DNA of 64,000 nt from an uncultured bacterium (GTDB taxonomy: Bacteria; Patescibacteriota; JACMRA01), in the NCBI GenBank assembly GCA_963784355.1, contig CAWAQU010000003.1, positions 96,001 to 160,000 on the forward strand, read 5' to 3'. How positions within the stretch are numbered: position 1 is the first letter of the stretch; the number at the start of each line of letters is the position of its first letter. This document shows, piece by piece, positions 28,024 through 38,647 of the stretch. Made by a program: the position numbers and the translations under genes. The notes below the pieces were generated by a model that was not told the DNA's origin, did not search any database, and was given only the letters and a program-made list of their open reading frames with translations.

Positions 28024-30522
28024 ATGCTTTATTTACGTTCCTGGCTGCAAGATTATATCAATCTAAATGATTACTCAAATACTGAGTTAAAAGATATTAT
28101 CACCATGAAATCCGGTGAGGTGGATGAAGTCAAAGAAATTCATGATTATTTTGATGGAAAAGTCTTGATCGGTAAAATTGAAAACACTAGGAAACACCCA
28201 GATGCTGATAGGTTGAAGATTTTTGATGTAAATTTAGGTGATTCTCTTGAAAAAATTCAAATCGTGTCTGCTGCCCCAAACGTAGCTGACGGTTTAATAG
28301 TACCTGTAGCCACCATTAATACAAAATTGTCTATGGGCACTATTCTAGAGAGAAAAATGCGCGGTGAAATATCTCAAGGAATGTGTCTAGGGATGAGTGA
28401 ATTAATGTTGGAAACTCAATTTAGCAGTGGTTTATGGGAATTAAATAGCAAATTGGCAGAAAAAAATATCAACCCTGAAGAAGTACTAGGACAATCAATC
28501 TGTAAAATTTTACCTGAGTATTTTCCACAAGATACCATATATGATATAAAATATTTGGCTGACAAACAGGCTGCTTGTGGCAATCACTTAGGTCTAGCTT
28601 TAGAAATTGCAAAGTGTCTGGAACAACCAAATTTATTAACTCAAAAAGCACTGCAATTAATCGATCCGGCCTATATTGCCGAAAACTTGCTAACTCAAGT
28701 ACAAACCGCTGAAAATAGCGACTTAAAAATTACTGTGGAAGATAAAGCTGAGTTTAGCCGTAGTTTTTTTCTATTCGATCTAAAAGTTACTGAAGAATAC
28801 TCATTACCTCATGAGCTTCAAAAAAGAATGTTTTTAATAGAGAAGAATTTAATCGGTGGCCTAGCTGATCTCTCAAATTATCTCTTATATGATATAGGTC
28901 AACCGAGCCATTTTTATAGTAAAAATAAGGTATTAAGCCGAAATAGCGATTCTACTGAGATTCACTGGACCATAGAAAAATTGGATGCAGGTACCCCCTT
29001 TAAAGGACTTGGGCAACTTAAAAATACTACCATACCAGAAAACATAGCGGTTTTAACTCAAAATACACAAACACTAACTATACTTGGAGTTTCCGGTGGT
29101 GAAAGTACAAAAGTTGATAGTGAAGAAAAAGAAGTTTTGATTGAAGTGGCAAATTTTCCTGCTAGCGAAGTTGCTAAATCAAGTTTTGCATTAAATTACC
29201 GATCCGATGGAGCAAGAATTTGGGCTAGCGAAGTAAACCCGAGTTTACAATTTTTATTTGTGGCCAGGCTTATTGAGGTATTAAATTTTGAAAATTCTGA
29301 GTACAAAATTACCAATTTACTGAGCTATATAAATCCTAAATACATCAATCAATTCAAAATCACTCAAACTGAAAATTTACTCCAAAAGTCCAGTAAAATC
29401 ATGGATTACTATTTAAACAGATCATTAGCTGTAGATTTTACATACCTAGCTCAGAGAATTGATGATCAAGGACTACATAACTGGAAAGATAATTTAGAAA
29501 ATAAGCTAAATTTAATAGGTAATTACAGGGATAGACAATTTTTTAGTAACATTTTCTATGGCCGGATTGAGACTCAAGAAGATTTATTGGATCAGCTCGC
29601 TCCTTTAGTTGGCTTTGATAAACTAGAACCTGATTTTCTACATTTTTCCGCAGATATTAAACTAGATAAAAAATATGATAGGATCGGCAGACTGAAGGCT
29701 ATTTTACTGGATTACGGCTTTTATGAAACAATTACGAGACCTTTCGTAAAACAAAGTGATATTTTAGACAGCGGTGGTTCAGCTTTAAAACTATTAAATC
29801 CTTCAAATTCTAATGAGCCTTTTATTAGAGATAGTTTGTTTTCTAGTTTGATTGGTGCCGCCAAAGAAAATATTTTACTTGGAGAAAAAGAAATTAAACT
29901 TTTTGAACATACTAAGACCTATAAAGAAAACTCTCCAGAATTGGAAGAAAACATACTACTTGAAGGTATTTTTGTAGGAAAAGATCCTTACGCACTTACC
30001 TCAATGTTTAATGAAATCAGCAAAAAAACTAACACAGCCTACTTAGTTTCGGATTTAATAGAACCATATTTAAATTTGGGACAAGGGTTTACATACACCT
30101 TAAAAAATCTCATAAAAATCAGTTTAGTTCAGATCAATAATAAAGTTAAAAGAAATTACGAATTACCTTTGAGTAAAAATATATGGTACTTTTCTATAGA
30201 TTTAACCCAATGGCAGTCAGAAATTTCTCAGTATAAAATTTATAAAAACGAAAGTGAGTTTCCATTCATTCAGAGGAGTTATTCAGCAGTGGCAAGTAAA
30301 GATCTTAAATGGCAGGAGGTTCTTAGCTCTTCGGAGCAACTGATTATACCAGATGTGGAAATTGAATTTAAACCGATTGAGAGAATTACTCAAGACAATA
30401 ATGATGTGTTAAATTTTGATGTAAAATTCGTGAGCTACACTAGAAACTTGGAGATTGCTGAAATTGAAGCCTGGCAAGATAGTTTCTTCAAAATATTTGG
30501 AGATAAATTACAGTTGAAATAA
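28024..30522 (+). CDS. pheT: Phenylalanyl-tRNA synthetase beta subunit
   Basis: SWLQDY, HPDADRL, RGEISQGM, GQPSH, GGESTKV and FPFIQR motifs. Confidence 0.9.
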   Translation: MLYLRSWLQDYINLNDYSNTELKDIITMKSGEVDEVKEIHDYFDGKVLIGKIENTRKHPDADRLKIFDVNLGDSLEKIQIVSAAPNVADGLIVPVATINTKLSMGTILERKMRGEISQGMCLGMSELMLETQFSSGLWELNSKLAEKNINPEEVLGQSICKILPEYFPQDTIYDIKYLADKQAACGNHLGLALEIAKCLEQPNLLTQKALQLIDPAYIAENLLTQVQTAENSDLKITVEDKAEFSRSFFLFDLKVTEEYSLPHELQKRMFLIEKNLIGGLADLSNYLLYDIGQPSHFYSKNKVLSRNSDSTEIHWTIEKLDAGTPFKGLGQLKNTTIPENIAVLTQNTQTLTILGVSGGESTKVDSEEKEVLIEVANFPASEVAKSSFALNYRSDGARIWASEVNPSLQFLFVARLIEVLNFENSEYKITNLLSYINPKYINQFKITQTENLLQKSSKIMDYYLNRSLAVDFTYLAQRIDDQGLHNWKDNLENKLNLIGNYRDRQFFSNIFYGRIETQEDLLDQLAPLVGFDKLEPDFLHFSADIKLDKKYDRIGRLKAILLDYGFYETITRPFVKQSDILDSGGSALKLLNPSNSNEPFIRDSLFSSLIGAAKENILLGEKEIKLFEHTKTYKENSPELEENILLEGIFVGKDPYALTSMFNEISKKTNTAYLVSDLIEPYLNLGQGFTYTLKNLIKISLVQINNKVKRNYELPLSKNIWYFSIDLTQWQSEISQYKIYKNESEFPFIQRSYSAVASKDLKWQEVLSSSEQLIIPDVEIEFKPIERITQDNNDVLNFDVKFVSYTRNLEIAEIEAWQDSFFKIFGDKLQLK

Positions 30523-30645
30523 CTACTCATTTTATATAGCATTCAAAACAAGCCCTCAATAAAACCCTGTAGTTTTAGGCTCTATTCGAATATTACTACT
30601 AAACAATTTTGACATTAGCTGCTTTCTGTGGCATAGAAATTGTAT

Positions 30646-31296
30646 ATGACCAAATTCAGACTCGAAGCAGTATCAGATGCTATTTTTGCTATAGTAATGA
30701 CCTTACTGGTTATTGAAATCAAAGTACCGGAACTCCATTCGGCTTTTACTGAAGACAAACTTTTAGAGGAGTTACAACATCTTACGCCACTCTTTCTCTC
30801 TTTTTTCCTTAGCTTTGCCGTACTTACCACTTATTGGATTTTCCACGGATTCTTGATTAGCTTACTAGCTAAAAATACGGATAGAAACTTGGCCTATCTA
30901 AATTTGCTATTTTTCTCTTTTATCAGTCTGATTCCGTTTTCTTCACACTTACTTGGTACCTACCCTGCCAGTAAAATATCTGTAGCTTTTTACAGTATAA
31001 ACATACTTATAATTTCTATTTTGATGTTTGTAATGCGGGAATATATTAAAACGTCTCGCACAATTGAAAATCCTGAGCTTTCATCACTTAACCTTACTAA
31101 AAAAGACAATTTGTATGGCAACGCCAGATTGCTGATTTCGATATTTTCTTCAATTTTCGCAGTCATTTTTAGTTTATTTAATATCAATATAGCTTACTTT
31201 TTCATTATAGCACCAATCGTTATCGGTTTAATACCTAATCTCTTGGCACTTATTATGAGAGTTACTAGACTTGATAAGTTGGCCGAAGAAGTCTAA
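30646..31296 (+). CDS. TMEM175 family protein (second paralog)
   Basis: RLEAVSDAIFAIVMTLL and WxxH motifs. Confidence 0.88.
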   Translation: MTKFRLEAVSDAIFAIVMTLLVIEIKVPELHSAFTEDKLLEELQHLTPLFLSFFLSFAVLTTYWIFHGFLISLLAKNTDRNLAYLNLLFFSFISLIPFSSHLLGTYPASKISVAFYSINILIISILMFVMREYIKTSRTIENPELSSLNLTKKDNLYGNARLLISIFSSIFAVIFSLFNINIAYFFIIAPIVIGLIPNLLALIMRVTRLDKLAEEV

Positions 31297-31358
31297 CTTG
31301 ACATAAATTGCTCTACTATATACAGTTACTTTACTTTTAAAAGTAATAAGTATTTACT

Positions 31359-31970
31359 ATGTCTTTTGATCAACTCGCATCTCAGGAAAGTCTTTAAAAA
31401 ACAATTGAAGCATTAAAATCACACAACATTCAGGCTCAATTTGTAGAAACCAGAGAAGAAGCAAAACAGCTACTTTTAAATCTAATTCCTAAAGGTAGCG
31501 AAGTTATGGATATGACATCAGTTACGCTTGATGAAATTGGAGCTACTAATGAAATTCAAAATTCTGGAGAATATACTGCCCTAAAACCAAAATTGATGCA
31601 AATGAATAGGGAGATTGATTCTAAAAGAATGCAAGAAATGGGTGCAGCCCCTGATTATGTAATTGGTAGTGTCCATGCTGTTACTGAACAAGGTGAAGTT
31701 ATAATAGCTTCTATGACCGGAAGCCAATTACCGGCATATGCTTTTGGAGCTAACAAAGTAATTTGGGTCATAGGTACTCAAAAGATTGTTTCCAATATGG
31801 AGCAAGGGATGAAAAGATTGTACGAATACACCTTACCGCTCGAGTCTGAAAGAGCAAAAATTGCATACGGCGTGCCAGGTAGTAGCGTAAATAAGATCTT
31901 AATCATAAATCAGGAAATTAATCCCGAAAGAATCAAGGTTATTTTTGTAAATGAGGCTCTAGGTTACTAA
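31359..31970 (+). pseudogene. LUD-domain (LutC-like) gene with an in-frame TAA at codon 13
   Basis: MSFDQLASQESL*KTIEALKSHNIQAQFVETREEAK... is in frame with ORF 31506-31970 (AVTEQG, TGSQL and GTQKIV motifs). Confidence 0.75.
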
Positions 31971-31980
31971 GCTCCAGGTA

Positions 31981-32214
31981 TTAAATACTTTCTTCGAGCT
32001 CAATCAACAAATCACTCATTTTTACTTTTAATGCTTGAGAGATTTGATATATCTTCAATAGAGTTAGGTTTCTTTCACCCCTTTCCACAGCACCAATATA
32101 TGTCCTATGAAGGCCGGTTAATCCGGCTAGTTCTTCTTGAGAGAAATTATTCATTAGTCTGTGTTTTTTAATTGCAAGGCCAAATTGGACGAGTATGTCA
32201 GATTTATTATTCAT
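31981..32214 (-). CDS. XRE helix-turn-helix regulator (R-M controller-protein-like)
   Basis: SQEELA..GLHRTYIGAVERGERNLTL motif. Confidence 0.88.
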   Translation of the reverse strand: MNNKSDILVQFGLAIKKHRLMNNFSQEELAGLTGLHRTYIGAVERGERNLTLLKIYQISQALKVKMSDLLIELEESI

Positions 32215-32352
32215 ATTATATATTAATTTCATAGAAGAAAATTTTCTAAAGGTCTACAGTTAATATATCGCCAGACTAAGTGTAGCATGTAACTCTGCTC
32301 TTGACTAAAACCGTAGCTTTGTGTCAAATTCATAAACAACCCTTACCAAATT

Positions 32353-34113
32353 ATGTTTAGACGTTTATTGTTGGTATTTACCGACCCGGAACTAAGATCT
32401 AAGTTGATCAAAATTGTATTATTATTGATTGCCGTCAGATTTTTAGCACATATCCCTATTCCTGTATTACAAACTCAAGACATCAGTCCTTTAATTGATT
32501 CTGATGCAGCTTTAGGCTTGTTGAATACAATTTCAGGTGGATCATACGGCCAGCTATCTTTTGTCATGCTTGGAGTTGGACCATATATTACCGCTTCTAT
32601 TGTTATCCAACTTTTGGGTGTAATTGTACCTAAAATCAAAGAAATCCAAAAAGAAGAAGGAGAGCTTGGACAACAAAAAATCAACAGATGGACTAGAATT
32701 TTAACCGTACCATTAGCAGCTCTTCAAGCTTGGGGTATCTTGCAGTTTTTATCTAGCTCAAATGTAAATGGTGGAGCACAAATCCAATTACCTGCCGTAC
32801 TAACCAAATCAGAAATAACTTGGGAAACTTTTGGATATTGGTTTGCTATAATTATGGCTATGGCAGCCGGTAGTATGATTATGATGTGGATTGGTGAAAT
32901 CATCACTGAATACAAAATGGGTAATGGTATCTCACTCATGATTTTATCAGGTATCGTCGTAAGATTACCAAATCAATTAGTGAAATATTGGAATGCGGTT
33001 TATCCTAATTTCCAAGAACTTTTTAGCAAATTCAGTTTTCAAAAAGCTGCTAATCTAGAAGTTTGGAAAGCACTTTTATGGGGAAATCCTGCTTGGAACG
33101 CTGTAAGAAGTTTCTTACTTTTATTTTTGGTATTTTTTGCAGTACTGTTATTAGTTGTATTTGTTAATGACGCTGTTAGAAAATTAGTAGTAATTTATTC
33201 TCGACGTGGACATACAGAAGGAAAATCCAGGACATTATCAAGCGTAAAAGCCGATTTACCGATTAAAGTAAATATTGCTGGTGTATTACCAATTATCTTT
33301 GCGGTATCTTTTATCATGTTCCCTCAGATCATCGGCCGTTTCCTATTCACCTCCAATGTATCGCAAGTTCGTACGGTAGCTCAACAAGTAGATAATTACC
33401 TTAGTGTAAATAATAAAGAAAACACAGTTGCTCCGGAAAATTTACCAAAAGAAAACCTCGGATTTTATAACTCTAAAGATCCTGTCGCCCTTAAAGCTGC
33501 AGAAAACTACGACACAACAGTAGGACAAGAATTGTTCGGTTTCACATTAAGTACTCTTAAAGTAGATTATAATTATAAATTACCGGAAAATCCTACTGAG
33601 GATGACAAGAAAAGAGAAGAGGCTAAAAAGCTTAAGAATGTGTTTTTTGATGGTACTTTCTTAAGATTTGAGCTACCAAGTAATAATCTAGGATTTTTAC
33701 CTGAATTTGGAGTAAGATGGAATGGAGTTCTAGCATATTCACTCTTTTACTTCTTGTTGATTATCTTCTTTACTTATTTCTACACTTCTACTATTGCCTT
33801 TAAAACCGATGACGTGGCTGAAAATCTCCAAAGAAGTGGAGCTTATGTTCCAGGATTCAAACCCGGTGAGGAAACTCAAAATTACTTGAGCTATGTAGCA
33901 AACAGATTAAATGTTGCAGGAAGTATTTTCTTGGCGCTGATTGCTATAATTCCTTTCTTCTTCAATAAGAGTTTGAATTTCGGTGACGGTACATTAAATG
34001 GAATTGTAGGTGGTACTACTCTATTAATCTTAGTATCTGTAACTATAGAAGTATTAAGAGCTATTGAGGCTCAAGCTACCTCTATTGATTATAATAGATT
34101 TACTAAGTACTAG
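32353..34113 (+). CDS. secY: Preprotein translocase subunit SecY with large loop insertions
   Basis: LGVGPYITASI, WIGE..GNGISL, AGVLPIIFA, PGFKPG and GGTTLLI motifs. Confidence 0.96.
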   Translation: MFRRLLLVFTDPELRSKLIKIVLLLIAVRFLAHIPIPVLQTQDISPLIDSDAALGLLNTISGGSYGQLSFVMLGVGPYITASIVIQLLGVIVPKIKEIQKEEGELGQQKINRWTRILTVPLAALQAWGILQFLSSSNVNGGAQIQLPAVLTKSEITWETFGYWFAIIMAMAAGSMIMMWIGEIITEYKMGNGISLMILSGIVVRLPNQLVKYWNAVYPNFQELFSKFSFQKAANLEVWKALLWGNPAWNAVRSFLLLFLVFFAVLLLVVFVNDAVRKLVVIYSRRGHTEGKSRTLSSVKADLPIKVNIAGVLPIIFAVSFIMFPQIIGRFLFTSNVSQVRTVAQQVDNYLSVNNKENTVAPENLPKENLGFYNSKDPVALKAAENYDTTVGQELFGFTLSTLKVDYNYKLPENPTEDDKKREEAKKLKNVFFDGTFLRFELPSNNLGFLPEFGVRWNGVLAYSLFYFLLIIFFTYFYTSTIAFKTDDVAENLQRSGAYVPGFKPGEETQNYLSYVANRLNVAGSIFLALIAIIPFFFNKSLNFGDGTLNGIVGGTTLLILVSVTIEVLRAIEAQATSIDYNRFTKY

Positions 34114-34147
34114 ACTTTTATTAGTAATTACAATCAAAGCTAAATTT

Positions 34148-34172
34148 CCCCTGTTTTCAGGGGTTGTTTTTT
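34148..34172 (+). terminator. secY terminator
   Basis: CCCCTG-TTTT-CAGGGG followed by TTGTTTTTT. Confidence 0.8.
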
Positions 34173-34254
34173 CGCTATTTAAGTGAAATTATAAGAGATA
34201 TTAAACGTGAGATGCTCAAACTCTACAAAATAAAAATCATATCTGTTTTGACAA

Positions 34255-35598
34255 TTATTTTATTTTCAATATCCTACTTAAATTAAGATTATTCATTACT
34301 AAATAGCTACTAATTAGTAGTATATAATAAATCATAATCTCAATAACACTAAATTTTGTTAGAGCTATATTTGGTAAGATTTTCCCGAGGTCATTGATCA
34401 TGCTTAAAATAAATCCCTGCAAAATTCCACTAACCAGTAAAAATATTTCTCCTAAAAATGGTATCAAGCCAATCAAATTAAATAAAGTAATCAGTGGAAT
34501 AACAGGCAAAATTAATATATTTATAAAAATTGAAAAGGGATTGAAGAAACCATTCAAATTTACAATTATCGGAAGAGTGAATAGAAAAGTAGATATAGTC
34601 GCCAGCAATGTGCTAAACAATTCTTTAAACCATTTAAATTCCACATCAAAGCTATCTTTACTACTCATAATCAAACCCAAAGTTGCCAAAAATGACAGTT
34701 GAAATGAAAGTGAACTCAAATATAACGGATTTACTAAGAGTAATATCATAGCACTGTATGCTAGCAACCTAAAACCGGAAATTTTCCTTCCTAAAAATGT
34801 TGTGACCAAAATTGAAAGCCCAATTCCGATTCCAGAGCGTAGTACCGGTGGCTCGGGACCCACCAACAACACAAGCAAAACTATACTAAATATAGCGCCT
34901 AACACCCTAGCAGATCTACTTAGCCTTAATTTAAGAAAAATATTTTCTACAAAACTCGCCAACAAAACTACTTGAAAACCTGAAACAGCCACCAAGTGAG
35001 TCAGGCCTAAATTTCTAAAATTTTGTTTAGTTTGATTAGTAAAATCTCCACTACCACCTAAAACTAACCCCTTAGATAAAGCATAAATATCTCTACAATT
35101 GTCTGAATAAATAAAACTCAGCACCTCTATAAAATCCGTACAAAAACTTTTCAGGTATAGGCTCGAAACAAATCTATTTATATTTTCCAGCGACTTCAAA
35201 CTGATACAAATCAAATCACAATTTAAATTAATTTCTTTAAACTCTTTTAGCTTTAATTTTCCAATAATACCTAAACTCAGATCATAATTTACTTTATCAT
35301 CCAAAAATACATATTCTTGGGCTTCAGTTCTTATTTTATACTCCCTACCTATTTCCATAACTTTTGGGGTCTCAACTATCCAAACACTGCCATCTTTCCA
35401 AACAGTATAGTTTAATTGTCCAAAGTTGTTCTTTTTCTGGCTTAGTACCCTAACTGTATTCGTTTCGTTACTTTTCAAATTGTTTTTATTCCTAAATTCT
35501 TGATAACTCAAGTGACAATTCCATAAAATCAGGGCTATCAACAAACATAAAAAATAATTAGCCGGATTTAAAAATTTTCTAAAAACCCTGCCACCCAT
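34255..35598 (-). CDS. comEC: ComEC/Rec2 competence protein (no beta-lactamase domain)
   Basis: GLTHLVAVSG, PPVLRS and SFQLSF motifs. Confidence 0.88.
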   Translation of the reverse strand: MGGRVFRKFLNPANYFLCLLIALILWNCHLSYQEFRNKNNLKSNETNTVRVLSQKKNNFGQLNYTVWKDGSVWIVETPKVMEIGREYKIRTEAQEYVFLDDKVNYDLSLGIIGKLKLKEFKEINLNCDLICISLKSLENINRFVSSLYLKSFCTDFIEVLSFIYSDNCRDIYALSKGLVLGGSGDFTNQTKQNFRNLGLTHLVAVSGFQVVLLASFVENIFLKLRLSRSARVLGAIFSIVLLVLLVGPEPPVLRSGIGIGLSILVTTFLGRKISGFRLLAYSAMILLLVNPLYLSSLSFQLSFLATLGLIMSSKDSFDVEFKWFKELFSTLLATISTFLFTLPIIVNLNGFFNPFSIFINILILPVIPLITLFNLIGLIPFLGEIFLLVSGILQGFILSMINDLGKILPNIALTKFSVIEIMIYYILLISSYLVMNNLNLSRILKIK

Positions 35599-35599
35599 A

Positions 35600-36709
35600 T
35601 CAATTAAATTTATAGCCTTTGAAATCTACTTGCTTACCATTTACCAAAGTTATTTTACAGATCTCTAGATATGTATTCATAGAGCATTTTAAATAAGTTT
35701 TTAGTCCTTTGCCTGCTTTTATTTGCATCCAGCTATCTTTTTCAAAATAAACCTCAGCGCTGTCAGGCAATTTTTCAAAAACCGACCCACAATCCACAAT
35801 TTTTATCTCTTGATCAAAATATTTGTCGTGAAATGTAGTGCCAGGGAAAGCTATGTAAGCTTTAAAATGATTATAAATTTCACTAGCTGATTGTCTATCT
35901 GGATCGACGATTTTATCTTCTTTTGTAAGTATTTTTGAGAAAGTAGCTTTATTAATATCTTGTTTTAACGACAATACTTTGAGTTCTAGATTATCGCCAT
36001 CTCTTTCCAAAATTTGCAAAGCAGTCACAATTGCCCAAGTTTGGCTTCCCAATTCGCCCATTTTTTCCGCAATACCTATAAAATCATCGGTATTCTCCAA
36101 ATCCACACCAGCTTGAAGCAATACATTTCCCGCATCCATTGTTCTGGTCATTTGTATCCAACTTAGGGCAATTTTGGCTTCACCTAACGCAATTGCAGTT
36201 TGTATAGGAGTAGGTCCACGATATAGAGGTAATTTAGAAGGGTGCCAGTTTATAAAGCCGTACTTAGCTTGATTAAGAATTTTTTCAGAGATGATTTGTC
36301 CAAAAGAAGCTACAATTGCTAAACCTAAATCATCTTCAACTAAATCTACAAATTCATCAAAAGCCTTATTTATTTTTTCGGGCAAAAACACCTGCAGACT
36401 ATTTTTTCTGCTAAACTCCACAACAGGATTGGATACAACTTTATTCCTATTTTGGCGATCAGGCTGGCTAACTACACATTTTAAATTAATCTCTTTTTCT
36501 AATATATTTTGATTACTCAACAAAATTTCCTCCAATTCATCAATATTTTTAGGCCATGATAAATCATCAATATCTAATTGGGTTTTTAGTTTTTCTAGCT
36601 GCCCAAGTGTGATTTCCAACAGAGTTTTAGATTGATTTTGATGAACATTCTCAAGTATAGGTATAACAAAACTGGAAGATCCAAAAAAAGCAATATTTAA
36701 CTTAGTCAT
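35600..36709 (-). CDS. fmt: Methionyl-tRNA formyltransferase with a ~45-aa N-terminal insertion
   Basis: FFGS, VVSQPDR, INWHPSKLPLYRGPTPI and MDAG motifs; ATGA overlap with the upstream stop. Confidence 0.9.
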   Translation of the reverse strand: MTKLNIAFFGSSSFVIPILENVHQNQSKTLLEITLGQLEKLKTQLDIDDLSWPKNIDELEEILLSNQNILEKEINLKCVVSQPDRQNRNKVVSNPVVEFSRKNSLQVFLPEKINKAFDEFVDLVEDDLGLAIVASFGQIISEKILNQAKYGFINWHPSKLPLYRGPTPIQTAIALGEAKIALSWIQMTRTMDAGNVLLQAGVDLENTDDFIGIAEKMGELGSQTWAIVTALQILERDGDNLELKVLSLKQDINKATFSKILTKEDKIVDPDRQSASEIYNHFKAYIAFPGTTFHDKYFDQEIKIVDCGSVFEKLPDSAEVYFEKDSWMQIKAGKGLKTYLKCSMNTYLEICKITLVNGKQVDFKGYKFN

Positions 36710-37155
36710 TTTTTTAATTTTACATTTTTTACACGTTTTGTCCAAAATTTATAAGCTAAATAAACAATACCTATACCAACGACTAAATATATTAATCTAA
36801 GTAACCACCACTGATTTTCCGGAAAATTTTCTCTGAAGACTACTCCATAAGGATACCAATATGGTCTATTCAGGTAATGTCTGGCAATCCAATTTTGAGG
36901 AATTTGAATGAAACAACCACCTAAAATGCCTTGAGATATAGCAATTGATGTGAAAAAAATAATTAAACTAAGCTTGAAATGCGTATAATATCTATCAAAT
37001 CTGGATTCAAAATGGTCCCTTCTAGGTAAGAAGCTTTCAAGAAGAAAAAAACTTGCCACAATAGCACCAAAAGTCCAGTAATAGGGATCATGGTATTTAT
37101 CAATAGTTCGATTTATTGATTCCGCCTGCTCGTAAGTTAGATTTAACCATGACAT
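36706..37155 (-). CDS. Hypothetical membrane protein (3 TM)
   Basis: Hydrophobic segments; translationally coupled to fmt. Confidence 0.75.
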   Translation of the reverse strand: MSWLNLTYEQAESINRTIDKYHDPYYWTFGAIVASFFLLESFLPRRDHFESRFDRYYTHFKLSLIIFFTSIAISQGILGGCFIQIPQNWIARHYLNRPYWYPYGVVFRENFPENQWWLLRLIYLVVGIGIVYLAYKFWTKRVKNVKLKK

Positions 37156-37457
37156 ACAATAAAATCCGGTTTGATTATAGTAATATATTTCAAATTAAAA
37201 CAAATATTGGCTTTTCATTTTATATAATCTCACCAACTTCAACAAAATTAAACTTCGCAATTTAGCTAACCTTATTCGATCAAAAATAGATAATAATGGT
37301 TTTGCTTTAGTTACCTATTAGTATTTTTATGGGAATAACTAAATGCTCTAAGAAGGATTTTTATACATCCAAAAAAGTTCTTTATTTTCATCAGCTTGTC
37401 AATCTTTAGCTAAAAACACTTGACAATATCCTAAATTTACTGCTATTTTATACAAAT

Positions 37458-37895
37458 ATGGCAGACGCAAAAGGCGGCAAAAAAATAAAAGCCCAGATCA
37501 AACTAGTGATTAAAGCCGGAGCAGCAAATCCTGCACCTCCAGTAGGTTCTACCTTGGGACCACAAGGTATCAATTTAATGCAATTTTGTAAGGAATTCAA
37601 TGAGAAAACCTCTACAATGACAGGTAGTGTACCTTGTATTGTAACTATTTATGATGATAGAAGTTTTGAATTTATTTTAAAGACTCCTGCAGTATCTGAA
37701 TTGATTAAACAAGCACTTGGTATTACTTCAGGTTCAAACGACCCTCTCAAAAAGAAGGTAGGGTCTATCACAAAGACTCAAATTAGATCTATTGCCGAAA
37801 AGAAAATGGAGGATTTAAACTGTCATACTGTTGAATCAGCTGAAAAGCAAGTAGAAGGAACATGTAGAAGTATGGGCGTTAAAATTGCAGCATAA
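37458..37895 (+). CDS. rplK: 50S ribosomal protein L11
   Basis: AGAANPAPPVG, FCKEFN and GTCRSMG motifs. Confidence 0.98.
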   Translation: MADAKGGKKIKAQIKLVIKAGAANPAPPVGSTLGPQGINLMQFCKEFNEKTSTMTGSVPCIVTIYDDRSFEFILKTPAVSELIKQALGITSGSNDPLKKKVGSITKTQIRSIAEKKMEDLNCHTVESAEKQVEGTCRSMGVKIAA

Positions 37896-37911
37896 TTGCT
37901 TAATTATATTT

Positions 37912-38586
37912 ATGTCAGACAAATCTTTTTCAATCTCTGAAGCTATTAATCAGGGATGGCAAACATTTAGCAAAAATCTTAGTACTTATGCAATTGCTTT
38001 AGCAGTTTCTATAGTATTATACACTATTTCCGCAGTTTTCAGTGATGGCAAAAATGATACTCAAACAGCTTTAGAATCAATAGGTGCACTTATTTCATTT
38101 GCATTATCAACTATTGTGACTTTGGGATACATCAAAGTACTTTTAAAATTGCTTGAGGATAAAAAACCTGAAATTAGTGATTTCTTTTACTTTAAGTCTG
38201 GAATATTTAGTTACATTGTAGCTTCAATTTTACTAACTCCTTTAATTTTTATCGGATATATACTATTGATTATCCCGGGAATAATTTTAAGTATAAGATT
38301 TAGTCTTGTTTCATACTTTATTGCAGACAAAAACATGGGCCCTATTGATGCTATCGGAGCCAGTTGGAATGCTACAAAAGGTCAAACATTACAATTATTT
38401 CTATTTGGTCTAGCTAATTTAGGGTTAAATATATTAGGTCTATTAGCTTTGGGAATCGGGTTATTTATTACGGTTCCAGTATCTCAAACTGCAATGGCTT
38501 ATGTTTACAAAAAATTGCTAGCTGAAGTTGAAAGTAACTCTGAAATCAAGGATGCTTCTGAAGTTGAAGTCATTCCAGCTGCTTAA
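37912..38586 (+). CDS. DUF975-like integral membrane protein
   Basis: LLIIPGI, AIxASW and GIGLFITVP motifs; start placed at MSDKSF. Confidence 0.75.
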   Translation: MSDKSFSISEAINQGWQTFSKNLSTYAIALAVSIVLYTISAVFSDGKNDTQTALESIGALISFALSTIVTLGYIKVLLKLLEDKKPEISDFFYFKSGIFSYIVASILLTPLIFIGYILLIIPGIILSIRFSLVSYFIADKNMGPIDAIGASWNATKGQTLQLFLFGLANLGLNILGLLALGIGLFITVPVSQTAMAYVYKKLLAEVESNSEIKDASEVEVIPAA

Positions 38587-38609
38587 AATCAACATTTAAT
38601 TAAAACTTA

Positions 38610-38638
38610 TTGGAAGAAATTTATTTCGCTAACACCAA
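38610..38638 (+). promoter_or_regulatory. Putative L1-binding autogenous leader
   Basis: TTGGAAG-AAAT-TT-ATTT-CGCTAACA-CCAA resembles the asymmetric-loop hairpin of known L1 mRNA sites; 9 nt before the rplA ATG. Confidence 0.6.
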
Positions 38639-38647
38639 ATTATATAT

